Assembly: GCA_964276515.1 (NCBI GenBank)
Contig: OZ193909.1
Location: 62,001-126,000, forward strand
Source: Gordius albopunctatus
Lineage: Eukaryota
DNA length: 64,000 bases
Direction of reading: 5' to 3'
The notes under the pieces were generated by a model that was given only the letters and a program-made list of their open reading frames with translations, was not told where the DNA came from and did not search any database. Positions 1 through 13,971 of the stretch are shown here, piece by piece. The position numbers and the translations under genes were made by a program. Numbering within the stretch: position 1 is the stretch's first letter; each line of letters starts with the position of its first letter.

Positions 1-1
1 C

Positions 2-485
2 GATCCCCATGATCCTTCTTTTACCCTTGAAGAAGTTAAAAAGAATAAGAAAGGGTCCACCGCGACAGCCGCGATTAAAATGGTTAAAACTGCAAAAAGT
101 GAGACAAAGGTTGCGAGAAATGGGAAAAGTAAGGGAGTTAAAAAAGCTAATGCTAACTCGATCCCGCTGCTGGCAACAGAGCCCATCAAATTATTTTTTC
201 CACGAGGAGAGTTTAATGATGAGGATGCTTTCAGGATTGTAACACCGGTCGGGACCACCACTCCAACAACTCCTTCTATCGCCTTCACATCGTTTGGCAA
301 AGAGACCAATCACCTCGTTAAACGCCGGGCCGCTTCCCGGGTTAGTTCCTACGCCGAACCTAGCATCATTAAGTAAGCCTTTTCCCATCCTTAAACCTTC
401 ACCTCACTCTTTTATTTGTGTGCATGGCAGAAAAATTCGGCAAGGAGATCCTGGAACTTGTGATATTTACCGGAACGTGGAATGA
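2..485 (+). CDS. SGO1: 3' end of a shugoshin-like gene (last two exons, 2-372 and 431-485)
   Basis: The frame is open from position 2. A phase-2 GT-AG intron (373-430, 58 nt) joins the exons to give KRRAASRVSSYAEPSIIKKIRQGDPG, matching the basic C-terminal SGO motif (RR..V.Y.EP.L..KLR.GD). The upstream part is Lys/Ser/Thr-rich and low-complexity. Confidence 0.75.
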
Positions 486-1261
486 AGATTGGGGCCATTA
501 ATTCCTAATTTTATCTCATAGATACATATTGGTTTAACAGGCTGCTGCCTAGAAAATGTGTCATGCATTTTAGTATTTATTTATATATAATAAAGTCCAT
601 CCTACTTCTGTGTAAAATGATTTGTCACTAGGCTTATCAAAATTGGGCCTCATTTTTATAGAATGGCTGCCTGCTGTTACTTCATTAATCTCTCATATAT
701 ATGTAGCTAGACAAATGTATAAAAATAGTCACACTATACCCACAAATGATAACCTACTTTTTGATCCCTTTCATATTTGTACAAGCATCATGGAGCGCAT
801 TTGACGATCGTAGTCTGGCTCCATTATTTGTATCATATGCTATAATAACACTCTTTTCCTAAAAAATCAACCCAAAAAGGCTCAACATGTTTTAGAGAGT
901 TTATTATGGTTAAGACGAATATGTATTTCTATACGTCCCTTTTTAAGCATGTTTTTGGAAATACAAATCGATTAAATTCAAAAATAGAGCACCTATGTTG
1001 TAAAATCAACTGAGAATTCAAACTTAAACAAAAAGCCTTTGCTCTATCTTAATAGTTTTTAATATTTACATTAAGAATTCGTCAAGTACAAAATCATGGG
1101 GAATGGCTTTTGGGGAAAAAATTTACTGGACATTAAATTAAGATGCACTCGTCGCCGGGATGGCAAAGAGTATTTTTGTAAACCTTGCTAATTTAACCTA
1201 AAATAGTTATAATTTTTAATAACTTTAATGTGACTTGTTTGCTTTATTTTTCCACCATCTT

Positions 1262-2014
1262 TTTTAAGTTGTTAAGAAATTAAATGAGTTACAATTATGC
1301 GCATTGTTAGAAAATGGCATGAGCCTTTGTTTTAAGTCTAGACGGCACACATGTGTAGTGTATTGCGAACAATGAAATGGCTTTGGCTATATAAATAATC
1401 CAATCCTTTCCATAATGGAGTAGAGCAAAGATTTAATTGAACGCGATAAAAATGTAATAAAATAATTTACTACCAGAGAGTAAAATGGTTTCTTCCATGG
1501 TATTAGATTAGAGTAGCAGTTTACAGGGGCGTAGTCAGCATTAAAATTAGAGGGGGGCAATAATGATTTAGGGAGGGGCAAAATGATCGTTTCTTAAAAA
1601 TTTAGCCATAATTTTAATACATTTTGACAAATTTTTGAGTTTAGAGGGGGCAGCTGCCCCCCCCCCCCAACGCCCATAGCAGTTTAAATCGTTGTGATTT
1701 TATTTTTTTATAATATAATCTGAAAATTAAAAATTTTTGATCTTGAGACAAACCAGTTAAACTAATTTATTCGAAATATAATTTAATTTTGAAGAAATGG
1801 AAATTAGGACATAACGTACAATGAAGATTTAAGCGATGAAAAAAAATCTAGTCATTATGGCCCAAAATTGTTTATAAGCGAATTTTTATTTTTTCAAGGA
1901 AAATTTTTTTGATAAAATTTTGGGCTTGCCCGAATCTTACCAGCGTGCCCTTCCGGGCCCGCTCGAAAATTAAAATTTAAGGCAGTTGCCCGGGCCGGGC
2001 ATTTCTGGTCTCTG
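1262..2014 (-). mobile_element. Partial inverted copy of the hAT-type non-autonomous element at 49913-51020, including its nested MITE (~1524-1678)
   Basis: Reverse-complement match to ~49913-50720 along its length. It ends in atttctggtctctg (rc cagagaccagaaat). The nested MITE is flanked by gcagttta on both sides. Confidence 0.85.
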
Positions 2015-2036
2015 GTTGGTATGACCAAAATACGAA

Positions 2037-2347
2037 ATTGGCCAGATACAAAAATAAGAAGTAAATTACAAGGAAATACATTAAATGAATGAATGAGATT
2101 AATTAATGATACATTTTGATATTAATTAAAAAATGTTTTATATGTAATGGCATTAATTTGAAAGATATGTTTGTTATGCAATGTAAGATTTATAACCTTC
2201 AACCCGACCCGGCCCGAAAATATTTTTAATCCGAACCCGACCCGACCCTACACTATTTTAAAATGTTCAACCCGACCCGAAGGTATTTTAAAATTTTCAA
2301 CCCGAACCCGGTCGGATCGGGTCTCGGGTCACCCGTGCAGGGCTCTA
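2037..2347 (-). mobile_element. Partial inverted copy of the hAT derivative at 7919-8622
   Basis: Ends in acccgtgcagggctcta (rc of the tagagccctgcacgggt terminus). ACCCG subterminal repeats and the AT-rich block match 7919-8230. Confidence 0.85.
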
Positions 2348-2638
2348 GGTCCACGTGGCATTAGAGCAGGAAGCCTATATTTATTTATTTTGATAAATGC
2401 AAGAATTACTATATTCATTTCATTGTAATATGATGGTTTGATATATGCAACATTTATGCAGGTCACTTCAATATAATATATTTTATAGTTTATCTTTATT
2501 TAAAGTAACTTCTAATTCATAATATTTATAGTATTGTGGAAGAAGAAATGAACTAACAATTTATTTGGAAGGAGGGACCACAGCTGACAAAAAAAGAGAT
2601 ATATAATCAAATTACGTGCGTAATACAAAGTTAATATC

Positions 2639-2750
2639 TAGTGTTTCGATCTCGTCTCGGTCTCGAAAGCGAAATCTCGTCTTGTCTCAGGTGCGATTAT
2701 TAAAATCTCGTCTTGTCTCGTCTCCGCTCGACTTTTGAAAATAATTATAA
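2639..2750 (-). repeat. Terminal fragment of the TCTCG-repeat hAT family (full copy 28776-30358; another fragment ~12400-12515)
   Basis: tagtgtttcgatctcgtctcggtctcgaaa is the reverse complement of the 30240-30358 terminus. Confidence 0.7.
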
Positions 2751-3122
2751 CACCTATATTTTTTTAGCTTTTATAAATTATTATATAAGATAAAAATTGG
2801 TTAAATGGAACCAATTTTTTATCTCAAACCCCAAAACTCAAGCTAGATAATAACTTAAGGTAGGAAGCATTAATATAGGTATTATTTAATACTTGACTCG
2901 AAGGTATAAAGTTGCTAATTAATAACTTTATTTCCTGGTTAAGGCTCAATAAAGGGATAAAGTTTAATGATATCATCATATTTTAACATAATGAATTTAT
3001 TGAGATTTTATTTAGTAACGTTAAAATAATGACGATGCCAAAGTAATCTTTTAAAACTATTATCCTCATTTATAACAAGTAATTATCTGAACATTGCAAA
3101 TACAATATAATAAGCATCACCT

Positions 3123-4703
3123 TTGTTTTGTCTAGGGATCAAAAATTTAACCGAATCCCTCTCAAACCAATGCTCCTTATCATTAAACGTCTGGTACCTA
3201 GACGATGCCACCTTATGCGGCCCTCCGGAAGAAATCTCCATGGCCATTCTTTTAATCCGAGATTATGAAGCTACCCTAAACCTGAAATTGAATACCTCTA
3301 AATGTGAGATATATCAGTGCCGGGATACAGATATATTTCCCCTTTTTAAGCCTCTTTTAAAAGTTGAAATGAAGAGTTTAACTCATCTAGGCTCTCCAAT
3401 AGGTGGGCAAATCGCCTTAAAAGAGTTTTTACATAGTCACCTATCAACCCTTTCCTCGAAGATAGAAATTCTCAATACCCTCCCAAAACATCACGCATTT
3501 TATATCAATAAAAATTATTTTAATATCTCAAAAATTCAACACTGCTTCCGGTTATCATCAGCTTTTTTATTACCCGAGATTTTAAAAAGCTACGATAGCT
3601 TTATGAAAAACACGCTAGAAGCCATCCTTAACATTAAATTCAGCACCTCTTGGTGGTTCCAAGCCTCATTACCCACTAAAGCTGGCGGCTTAGGCATACG
3701 CCCAGCTACCTCGATTTCACTAGCAGCCTTTATCTCCTCGTATAAATCCGCCCAAGGTTTGATCGACCGATTAATCATAAAAAGCGAAAACCCATCGTTT
3801 GTACAAGCTCTAGATATCTGGTCTGCCAACGTCAACCCAGGGACCCCATTTTCCATAACCTCAAGACAAAATGATTGGGATGCTGGCCTCGTATCGTGCT
3901 CCGTTGATTACCTCTTATCGAGTTGCGATGCCCGCCAGCAATCCTAGTTCACTTTCTGGACAGATGTTGGAGGACCCAGAGCTTGCATACTTCATCGCCC
4001 TCAGACTAGGAATTCCCTATTCAAGGGAATATTCCTGTCGCAACTGCTCCCAGAACGTAGACATTTATGCGAGGCACCCCCTACACTGCCTTTACAATAA
4101 AATTAAATACACAAGGCACGAAAAGGTGAATAACCTCATCCAAGCCGCTTTTAAAAAAGCCAACATTCCCGTCCGTTTTAGAGCCGTCAGACCCTTCGTT
4201 GGAGGGAAGGATGCGACCAGACGGCTCTACCCTCATCCCTTGGCAAAATGGTGTACCCCTTAAATGAGATTTCACCTGCATACACATTTTCGCCCCCTCT
4301 AACCAGAACTACAACGCTCTGACCCTCGTCGAACACCGCAAAACGGTAAAATACCAGGTCCTCCTACCCTCTAATATCTTTACCCATATCGTTGTCTCAT
4401 GTTCTGGCACTTTTGATCCGGCCGCCATTAAGCTTTTTAAAGGAATCAGCCGTCGCTGCCCGCCTTCTAAATATTCCACAAATTTTTTACTTAAACAAAA
4501 AATTGGTATTTTTATAGCAAAGTACAATTTTAAATCCCTACCCGACAGTTGGCCACTTTTACAAGATGACACATGAGACATTTTTCAATCATAATATTTT
4601 TATTTAGTTTTACACCCGCTTTTATATTTCTCGAATGTTGACACTTCGTTTTTATAATGTTCTTACGTTCAAATAAACAACATTTAAATATTATAAAAAA
4701 AAA
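3123..4703 (+). mobile_element. 5'-truncated, decayed CRE-like (RLE-type) non-LTR retrotransposon
   Basis: RT motif WYLDD, QASLP.KAGGLG, zinc knuckle CRNC...HPLHC, RHEKV, and RLE motif RPDG..L.PW..G.PL. There is a stop at 3945 and frameshifts. AATAAA at 4672, A9 tail at 4695-4703. Confidence 0.8.
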
Positions 4704-7002
4704 TTACAAATCTTTATCTGACACATGGCCCCCCGTGTTTTGACGGATCTGATGAATAGTTTTTTATTTATAATATTATTTTATGCTCGTTTATCGTATA
4801 TTTTATGTATCAATTTTACGGAATAAAAGCATTTAAATGATTGAACACTGTAAAACCACTTTAAATCCTTTCTTATACTCAGACCTTTAAAAGGCTCATT
4901 TGTTTTGACGCAATTAGTGATTTTTACCAAAATTAAATAATAAATCTTTCTAAGTGCATGATGACATTTCTGTTAAAATCTAATTTTTTATGTTATTCAA
5001 ACATGTTGTACGCCATAATAAACAAACTCTTAGTTATCATGACTTATAATTTTTAATTATATAAGTGTTACAACCATCCATAGACTAGATAGACTGCTCA
5101 TGCTATATCATGTTGCATATGGTTAATTGTGTGCCAAATTTTCCTCCATTTTGAGAAGGGGAACTGGTGTCTTTTAAGTTTTAACCCCATGTAATTTTGC
5201 CATATAACAGTCAATTTAGTTACCTTCCTCACTCACTACTTTATAAATTAATATTATACAAAATAGCAATTAAAATTGATGGCACTATATTATTAAACAA
5301 ACTTTAATCGCATTCTTTACATTTTTAATTTTTATCTATTTTTTAAATGATATTTTTTACCCAATTAGAATATTTATTATTTACCTTTTTAAGATTATTT
5401 GCGAAAATTACGAATTTCTATATGATCACCACTTTACAATGTGCCTCTCAAGATGGCGGAAAAGAGGGTACACATCTTGTGCGTTCGTTGATAAGCAGCA
5501 GTCTATCTAGTCTACGGTTACAACTTAGTTTCAAATAAAACTCTGCAGTGTCAAATTTCGCGGAGTTTCAAACTTATTCCTTGAATTTTGATTTGCGAGA
5601 CGTAAACCTCTACATGGATCCTTCTATTATGTGGCATCAACTGTTTTTTAAAAGTTTCAAACGCTCAAATTAATCATTTTCAACAAAATCGGTTTAAAAG
5701 CAAGCTGAATATCCTTTTTGTTTGCTATATCAGAAATAAAATTTAACAAACTTTTTTTAAACTATCAGTTTTATTTAAAAAATGGGATTCAAATAGCACT
5801 ATACAACAAATAATGGTCTAATCACCGGAAAACGGGTGTCATATTTTTAAACAGTTTTTTGCGGTGAACACGAATATATTTTTTGTTTTTTCCTCTACAT
5901 CACCTTTTAAAAGTTGCGAAAATGAACATTTTTGCCCCTTTTCGGAGGTGTATACCGAGAAAACAAAAAGACAAAAATTTTTAAAAATATTTTTTGGTAG
6001 GAAGAAATGCACACACAAAAAATTGTTATCTAGGTTAATAAGTTTTTTACTTATCTTAAAATTTTACTTACTCATTGCATTTAATAAGGGCAAAAACGTT
6101 AATTTTCGGAACTTTGAATTGAATTATTTCAGAAACTTGACGTATAGGAAAAAAACAAAAAACATATTCGTATTCATGAGAAAAAGCACTATAAAAATAT
6201 GAAAATTAATTTCCAATTGATTTTTTTTATACACCTGTGGAATTAGAGAGATGCGACAATTGAGTAAGTCCTTAATTTTGATTGCACAGGCAAAAAATTA
6301 AATAAAAATATTTTGCTTAGAGGCCAGGACCTTGGGTTCGTCATGACCGCCTTATCCCTCTCCTCACACCTAATAATATCACCTCGCATATCAACATTTT
6401 AGCGGTAAAAAGGAATTGAATTATCTTGGAGTTAATTTGGAGCCTTTAAGAATTGTTGTCAAAGATGGTGTAAAAATTTCGTGAAAAATGATAGATTTGC
6501 TTAGAATATACGTATTTAATCTATTTTTATTAGTTAATTTCAAAAATTGCCCTGAGTTATCTACAATACATCATGCTCATTGTATGACGACGAGACAATT
6601 AAAACGCTCCACCTTCAAATAAATGATCATCGACCAATTCTTGCATCTAGGCTTTAAGCTAGCGTGCTAGACAATTAATCCAATTTTTATTCCATTCACC
6701 AACCGCCGTATTATTTAATTGCCGTCATAGGCAAAAATGTTGCAAAATGCAGCCTTGGCACCTACTACCAATTAAAGGAGGTAGCAATCGTTATTATATA
6801 TATACAATACTTAGGTAGATTGGTAAGGGGGATGTGCATATTCTGGAAAACGATAAATCCCACAAACAATGTACGACGACACTCCTCCAAATACATGTTA
6901 AAGGCTTGCCGTCGGCTGAATACAATTTGAATTTATTGATTTTTTACTCGGCAACCGGACATTTTTAAATTCATTACAACTAACTCATAAACGCCGTTAA
7001 GC

Positions 7003-10000
7003 ATGGTCCCGAGTATTCCTTTTCTAGTATTATGGTTTTACTTTTATTCAATCATTATATTGAGTAAAATTGGAAAAATTTATTCCCAAAATTATTTCAA
7101 TACCTTGCATTCGATAGATCTTGATGGTGATTCAGGCTTGGCTGAGATTGATGTTATAAGGGCGAGAAGTTTGCTGAGACATTTTCCAATAAGTCATTCC
7201 ATTCGATTGGGTGATATAAATGTTGGAGGATTGTTTGAGATCTATCAGCCATCGAGAGAAATAAATGCTCTGTGCAGCAGCCTATACGACGAATACTTGA
7301 TCACTAAAGCCTACGCCATGGTATATGCCGTAAATCATTTTGATGCCTTGTTTAGGGAAAAGTATAACATTTCGCTCGGTTACTACATTGTACCTACTTG
7401 TACGAATCCTGCCACCTCACAGGTAAAACATCCTTCGTAGTGTTGTAAAAACGGTTGGGTGGGTGGGGTATCCTTTGGTCACCCCTTGCTTAAACTAAGA
7501 TTACCGGCCTACTCTCGTTTCTTTTTCTTCAAATTTTGACTAAGCCCAGAAGTCAAGTAAGAAAAAGAGACGAAAAAGCCTTTGCTCTCTTTGTACTAAA
7601 ACCAAACTATGCCCAGCCGCTTTTACAACACTAATACATACCACAGAGAGAGACTCTATCTCACATTATATTTTTCAAGATCCAAGCCATAATTCAAAGA
7701 ACTTTCATGCTCAAAAAAACAATGGTCGCAGTTGTTGGTCCATTTTCAAGCATGGAAACATTATTGACCTCACAATATCTATCATTCTATAAAATACCAC
7801 ATCTAAGTCCGGGGGCCAACGCAAATTTTTTAGACGACTCCTCGTAAGAATCGCATCTATATCGTTTACTCATTAAAGATCTGCGACGGGCTGTTTTCAA
7901 TAGGAAGGTTCCCCGTACTAGAGCCCTGCACGGGTGACTCGAAACCCGACCCGACGGGTTGAAAATTTTAAAATACCTTCGGGTCGGGTAGGGTTGGAAA
8001 TTTTATAATAGTTTCGGTTCGGGTCGGGTTCAGGTTGAAAAATTTAAAACGCATTCGGGTCGGGTCGGGTTGAAGGTTATAAATCTTATATTGCATAACA
8101 AACATATCTTTCAAATTAATGCTATTACATATAAAACATTTTTTAATTAATATCGAAATGTATCATTAATTAATCTCATTCATTTAATTGATTTCCTTGT
8201 AATTCACTTATTATTTTTGTATCTGGCCAATTTCAAACTCTACATAGGTAAAATATAAAATAACTATAATATTTATTTTTAATTAAGTGAATTATTATGG
8301 ATCCACATAAATTACAGAAGCTGATTGACAATAAAATCTATAGAGTGGAAAAGAATTTGGTGGGTAAATCAAAGGTTTGGCAATTATTCGATTTCATATA
8401 TGACGAAAATGACAAGAAAATAGACTTTGTTAGATGCTCAACCTGTTTTCGTGTCTGGTCGTTTTTGGGTTGAAAAATTTTTAAACGCTTTCGGGTCGGG
8501 TTCGGGTGGAAAAATTAAAAACGAATTCGGGTCGGGTCGGGTTCGGGTTAAAAAATTAAAAACGCTTTCGGGTCGGGTCGGGTCGGGTTCGGGTTGAAAA
8601 AATGTGACTTTGCAGGGCTCTACCCCGTACCCTTTAAATACTATCAGGCCCCGACCTCAGGTGTAATTTTTTATGCAATTTAGATCCCCACTTGTCCCGT
8701 GTGTAAATATTTCAAGCTCGCCCGGACCCGTCTTTTATATTTTTTGTACTTTAGGTCTGGGCTGCTATGAATTCATTCGTTCGACCTAACTCACAAAATT
8801 ACTTAAAAATGGACGAATATTTAAATGACTTGTATAGAATCAGTAATTTATTAACATGTATAAATTATAAATTATAATCAATATTTAGTAAAATCGAGTT
8901 TGCCTTTCTTTCCTTACATCACATGTTTGAGATTTTTTGTTAAATTTTTTTAATGGAGAAATTTAGGAACGATATACACGCAATTAGGAGGATAGCCTTA
9001 AAACTTTCAATTATGACAAAAATACTAAAATCCATAAAAGGCACTCGAGCGTGATTTTAGTCCTTTGTAAGTCCATAACTTATAAGGTATTCGCCCTAAA
9101 TGACTATAATTTTCATAAATTACTATAATACATGTGGCCTACACCTTCACTAAAAACAAATATGGGCATGATCCCAGCAATTAAATTTTTAAGTTTCGAA
9201 GCTCTGCGGGCCTGTCCTTGCAAAGTTTTATATCCTACTCGCCAAAACTTATATACTCAAATCAATGTTATAGTTTTACCTTTGCGAGATACAAAATAGT
9301 GAAATTTGTTTATTATATGCTAGACTGGGGTATTTATTTCTAGTCGTTTCATCGCAATCCACTTACATCCGGGCTATTTTATCTTTAATGGAACAATTCA
9401 ATTGGAACACATACTCCATCATATACGGCTTAGACAGTTACAACACATACTATGCCAATGCGTTGAGGTTTAATATGGAGCAGAGGGAAGCATGTTCATT
9501 AGTAGATATTCCTATACCGGTAATTGTGCCTACCCATTTTTTTGATAGGGTTGACATAGTGAAAGCCTTCGACATACTCCTTTCCCATTCCAAACCTATC
9601 GCAACTGTTATGTTTCTCACCAAGTATCAGTTCATCGAAGTATTCAAATATATTAAAATGAGGAAAGGCGGGAAAGGTCATAACTTGATTTTTATAGGGC
9701 TGGATACGTGGCCCGATAGGAATGAACTCAAGGCAGAAGGTGTTGAGAAGATTGCCGAAGGTGCCATAACCATATACGAATACAGTTCAAGTATAGATGA
9801 TTTTATTCAATGGATGAAATCTCCAAATACCCTAACGATCGTTAATAACGATTCTTGGTATGCATCGTGGAAAGCGTCCTTACTTACAAATAATACCACC
9901 AATATCATTGGGTTCGATAGTAGAATATCGGTGATTATAGACATAGTTACGGCTATTTTCATTGCCCTTGAGCAATTACTCACATCTATGCCCGGCTGTG

Positions 10001-11465
10001 AAAAGGTCAACGATCAATTGAGCCCACAGTGTGACGGTTTAAGTGCAGAGAGTTTATTCCCTTTCTTGCTTAATGTTTCTTTCACGGGAAGGACGGGATA
10101 TGTTGGATTTGACTCAGAAAGGAGGGTAAAGCATCATTTGCAAATTGGGAACTTCGTCAAATCTCCCAAACTTTCGCTTAGGCGACGGAATGAAGCCCCT
10201 TTCGAAAGCATACCAATCGCAACATTCAATCCTCAGACAAATAACTTGACCATATTTCATCCCTTTCGATGGGGCTCATACGTGTGGATTGATGCCTTGA
10301 GTGCACCCGCTTCATTATGCAGTCGACCTTGCGAAGATTTAGAATTTAAAATCTCATCGGATAAAGCGTGTTGTTGGAGCTGCATAAGATGTGGACCTAG
10401 GCAGAGCTTTGCAGCGCTGAAAAACACTTCCGAGTACGCTACATGTCATAATTGCCCCTTTGGCATGGAATCTAATTCGCGTGGTGATGGGTGTCAATCC
10501 CTGAAAGTCATTCATATGTCGTCCCAAAGATCTGCCCACATAACATTAACTGTTTTAGCAATCATGGCGCTAGTTGTGTTGTTAGGATTAGTGGCTTACT
10601 ACATTATGCATTACAACGCCAACGTTTTTAAGGTGGAAGTGAGGGCATTTCTTTACATCCTAGTTTTAGGCCTACTTACAGCGTTGGCCTCAATTTTTCT
10701 GATTTTATCTAATCCCAATGCCTTTCGTTGTGGCTTGGCCGAAATTTTCTTTCTCCTTTCATACACTCTCCTATACTCGGTTTCGGTCGGGAAAATAATT
10801 TTGGTTTCGGATAAATTGAAATCCTCGAAGGGGAAGAGGCGTTCGCGGCAATTAGAGAATTATATTTACTATGTCATAGGATCCCTTTGCATCTTACAGG
10901 TAATTGTTTAGTCTGTCTTATCCCGTATTTGAATGTATGTGTTTATATATTATAGACGTTTCATGATGTTTGCTCGGCTCAGTTTTGCATGCCGTTCTTT
11001 ATTCTTTAGATGGCGATAAATGGCTTAGTGATAGGCATGGAACGCGGTGTCCCGACGCATATGGAGAGTACCCAGAATACGGAGAGTGGTTTAAGGACGG
11101 TTTTAGTTGTAATTTGCAGCATAACCGCCCAACAAACACCTCTGCAAGCAATCGTTTTGACATATGAGGTTATCCTTTTACTGGTCGGCATAGTATTGGT
11201 GGTGAAATTACCAACATTTCCTCCCACCTTCAAGGAGGCCAAATTATTGCGTGCATTGATCTATTTTATAGTGACAAGTTATTTGATCGCCCTTATTTTG
11301 TACACCAGTCTTACCTCACTAACCGCAACTTTATCTTACCTCTATGTTAATATAGTTATTATTTACGCTGTCATAATTTGCAACGCTTGGTACAAAGTCA
11401 AAGCGATCACCATCAACAGTCACCTACCCCAAATTAATGTACCCACAGCTGGGTCCTTTGCATAA
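7003..11465 (+). CDS. Class C GPCR (mGluR/CaSR-like: Venus flytrap, cysteine-rich domain, 7TM); exons 7003-7422, 7647-7843, 9324-10899, 11010-11465, ~882 aa
   Basis: Hydrophobic N-terminus and motifs GDINVGGLF, AVVGPFSS...YKIPHLS, FNWN, NVSFTG.TG.V.FD, SLCS.PC and CCWSCIRC, followed by hydrophobic TM segments and P.TFKEAK. All three introns are GT-AG with consistent phases (0, 2, 0). Confidence 0.9.
7919..8622 (+). mobile_element. hAT internal-deletion derivative in GPCR intron 2
   Basis: Perfect 12-bp TIR tagagccctgca, 8-bp TSD ccccgtac and CGGGT subterminal repeats. A BED-finger start survives from 8297 (MDPHK...KSKVWQLFDFI...VRCSTC). Confidence 0.9.
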
Positions 11466-13547
11466 ATTGATGAAAACACTTTTTTAAGACACACAACTTA
11501 ATGTACATTATTTCATACACACGTTGTTAAATCCCTTAAAACTATTTGTAATGATGATAATAAATTCTTTGACCATCATATAGAGTTTTAATGATAAATT
11601 ACTAAACAAAGTAAACATCTCTTTAGCAAATTATGACGAGGGCTTTTATTAAATATAGCATTGACCCAAAACGTAATTAAAAGTTGAGGTATTTATCATT
11701 TCAACGATGTTGATAAAGAGGAGAGCTGTTTTATATAATAAATTTTCAAAAAATCCTCATATTACTCGGTTGAGGAATTTAAGTATAATTTTCAAGACTA
11801 AACTCAGAAATGTTTCCTTCTTTTCAAGACTAATAAATATAGATCAGATCTGAATGAACTATTAAAACTAGAGTCAAATATCAGCGTATTTAAAAAGTGT
11901 TCTTTCAATTATTTAGTCATACAATAGTTAGAAAACCTTCTTTATTTTTGTTTATTTCTTAATTTCAATGCATTTTCCCATCTGAGAAGTGTTCAGAAAT
12001 ATTTAAATTTATTTTTGTTTATTTTAAATGATTGGGTCAAATAGGCACCTATTAAAATTGGGAGTTAGCATCAGATAAAGTTCGATGTTACACAGAAAAA
12101 ATTATTAAAGTTAAGATAAATTGGCAAAATATTTTGCAAAGCTATAGACTAGAGTTGTTAGATTGGTCACTTGTTTCAACTCCGGAGGTGAGCATACAAC
12201 CTGATTTGTTTAATAAACGCATATAGCATAATCGTACGTGCTACTCGGTGCAGTAGGGAGTACACTAGCATGTAAAAATGCTCGAGAGGTTGAGTCGAAG
12301 CAGCAAAATGTGTTAAAGCAATGAGCAGATTGATCAAACAGAAACTCGGGCAGATAGCAGATTTATTTGAAGCAATCGCTACGAGTTATTAACTTTAAAA
12401 ATTTCGATCTTGTCTCCTCTTGGTCTCGAAGGCAAAATCTTCTCGCCTCGGGTGTCATTATGAGAGTCTCGATCTCATTGCGACGTGAAATCTCGACATG
12501 TCTCAACTTTCAAAAACTTTTGAATACAATTTGAATTTTACTCTTTTCCGTTTGTTTAAATAATATACAAATAATTTTTTTTCAAAATGGCGAACCAAAT
12601 TTTAGTCAAAGACATTTATAAACATGTCCTTAACATCTTTGAACTACTAGCTAGCGCCCTTAGTTAGAATTGGCAAAAATAATTAAGGCCTCTAGATAAA
12701 TCGAGACAAGAGCTAGCCTTTTAGTATAACCGTCAAAAGTTCCCTTAAAAGTAAATCTATGGCATGTTTAATATATTTTAATAGAAACGTGAAAGATGAT
12801 ACGAGTAGATATTTTTTTGTTCGTATTAATTAGTTGCGCGCATTACAGCCTTGTAATAAACCAATAAAGGTAGTAGGTATTGTTACTGGAATAGTATATG
12901 AGAGTTAGCTAGCTTTTCAATGAAATGCACATATATATTTTTATAACAAATAATTTTTAAATTAAGATGTAAACGATTTTATTATAGTGTAGGACCTCGT
13001 ATCTCATATTACTTGATCCAGTTTTTAAGTAATTTAGACATAAAATATTTTTAAAGCTTATGCCCATATTAGTGTAGTGAAAAACATAGAGAGTTTGGAG
13101 GATTAGATTTTACCTGCCAACCCTATTTTATAACTTAATGTAAATGGCAAAACAAATGCATTTTATGATTTATGGCTTGAGAATTTCAGCGCTGTAATTT
13201 GAGTTAAAGCATAACAAACACCTGATAGCTCATGATTTATTATAATGCTGAAAGCAATCGTTTGGTAGGGCCGTGGGGTGCTCCAAAAATATTTAGTTAT
13301 TGTAGCCAAGTTTATAAAATTATTTTGATAATTTTGCAAAGTTGGTTGATAACTAAGATTTCAAATTATAATCACATTTCATTTGTTAATGTTCTCTTTT
13401 ATTTATTAACTAATGAGGAAGGTATTATATCCTCCTGAACAAGGGGGGTATTTTTATCTCGGAAAATGAGAAGTCCTTTTTATTCGATTCTGTGTTGTCT
13501 AATTTTTGGTACTGGCTCTGTGGATAATTCTCATTTATAGACTGGGG

Positions 13548-13971
13548 TAGTGATGGGAAAACGCTTAGCACTAGCGCACTTAGCACCTCCCCGCTGATGG
13601 GAATAGCCTATTAAATACGATATGTCTACTAGCACATAGTCACTTTAAGTGCTATAAGCTATAGGAGATGGGAGGTTTGAGGCGCTAAAGCTATAGCCGA
13701 TAGCACTTAAATGCGCTACACCTATAGCACGGCGCTAACATTGATAATAATAATTTCAATGAAAACAATTGAGTATAATATGAACTTGTGCGTACTCACT
13801 CATCTTATTTTATTTTAATATCTAATAAATAATTAAAAAAATTATTCTCAATGTTAGCGCCGTGCTATAGCTTATAGCACTTAAAGCGACTATGTGCTAG
13901 TAGACATAGCCGCATATGGGTGCTATGTGCTATAGCTTTAGCTCCTTAAAAACGCTATTTCCCCATCACTA
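13548..13971. mobile_element. hAT-type MITE with internal inverted repeats
   Basis: TIR tagtgatggg...cccatcacta, TSD gactgggg/gaccgggg, and repeated gctatag/tagcac motifs in mirror arrangement. Confidence 0.85.

Noticed and set aside
5560..6250. Possible Tc1/mariner-type remnant and a 112-aa ORF
   Set aside because: No paired TIRs or TA TSD could be established; the ORF is F/K-rich noise.
10956..11009. Alternative acceptor for GPCR exon 4
   Set aside because: It introduces an in-frame TAG; the acceptor at 11009 keeps the TM frame.
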